Part shown: one piece after another, positions 63,612 to 64,000 of the stretch
Position numbering within the stretch: the stretch's first letter is position 1
How the letters are laid out: every line of letters begins with the position of its first letter
The notes under the pieces: generated by a model
Database searches by the model: none
What the model was told of the DNA's origin: nothing
The model's input: the letters and a program-made list of their open reading frames with translations, nothing else
Translations under genes and position numbers: made by a program
NCBI GenBank assembly: GCA_030390025.1
Contig: CM059432.1
Span: forward strand, 12,338,001-12,402,000
Length of the DNA: 64,000 bases
Direction: 5' to 3'
Origin: Squalus acanthias
Lineage: Eukaryota

Positions 63612-64000
63612 GGCTGTGGCTCAGTGGGTAGCACACTCGCCTCCGAGTCAGAAAAACAGAAGAAACAGGAGCAGGAGTCGGCTATTCAGCCCCTGGAGCC
63701 TGCTCCGCCATTCAATAAGATCATGGCTGATCTTCTACCTCATCTCCACTTTCCTGCTCTATCCCCATATCCCTTGATACGCTTAATATCCAAAAATCTA
63801 TCGATCTCTGTCTTGAGTATACTCAACGACTGAGCCTCCACAGCCCTCTGGGGTATAGAATTCCAAAGATTCACGACCCTCTGTGTGAAGAAATTTCTCC
63901 TCATCTCAGTCCTAAATGGCCGACCCCTTATTCTGAGACTGTGACCCCGTGTTCTAGACTCGCCAGCCAGGGGAAACATCCTCCCTGCATCTACCCCGTC
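63612..64000. mobile_element. Deu-SINE head (+, about 63612-63651) interrupted by an antisense CR1 3' end that runs off the window
   Basis: ggctgtggctcagtgggtagcacactcgcctccgagtcagaa, then ORF 63740-63979. Confidence 0.85.

Overview
Repeat-dense vertebrate genomic DNA, almost certainly from a cartilaginous fish (shark/ray): it carries HE1-type V-SINE, Deu-domain (SacSINE1-like) SINEs and very many CR1 LINE fragments. The only host coding sequence I can identify is one 98-nt minus-strand exon (50111-50208, absent from the ORF track). It encodes [33 protein letters not shown] from the helical domain of a Gs-family G-protein alpha subunit, best matching GNAL (Golf), so the window is probably two large GNAL introns. 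Almost all listed ORFs are decayed CR1/L2/RTE reverse-transcriptase fragments or spurious frames over SINEs. Most notable observations: an RTE LINE with a ~99-bp target-site duplication; a ~390-bp local duplication bracketing a CR1; a Tigger-like MITE at the right end of one copy of each of those duplications; Penelope-derived minimal hammerhead ribozyme motifs, one with an intact core on the GNAL sense strand; a clean solo LTR; and large Harbinger-like insertions. No CRISPR, rRNA or true tRNA gene, and no clearly new biological system is demonstrated. Repeat boundaries are read by eye and are approximate unless TSD/TIR evidence is given.
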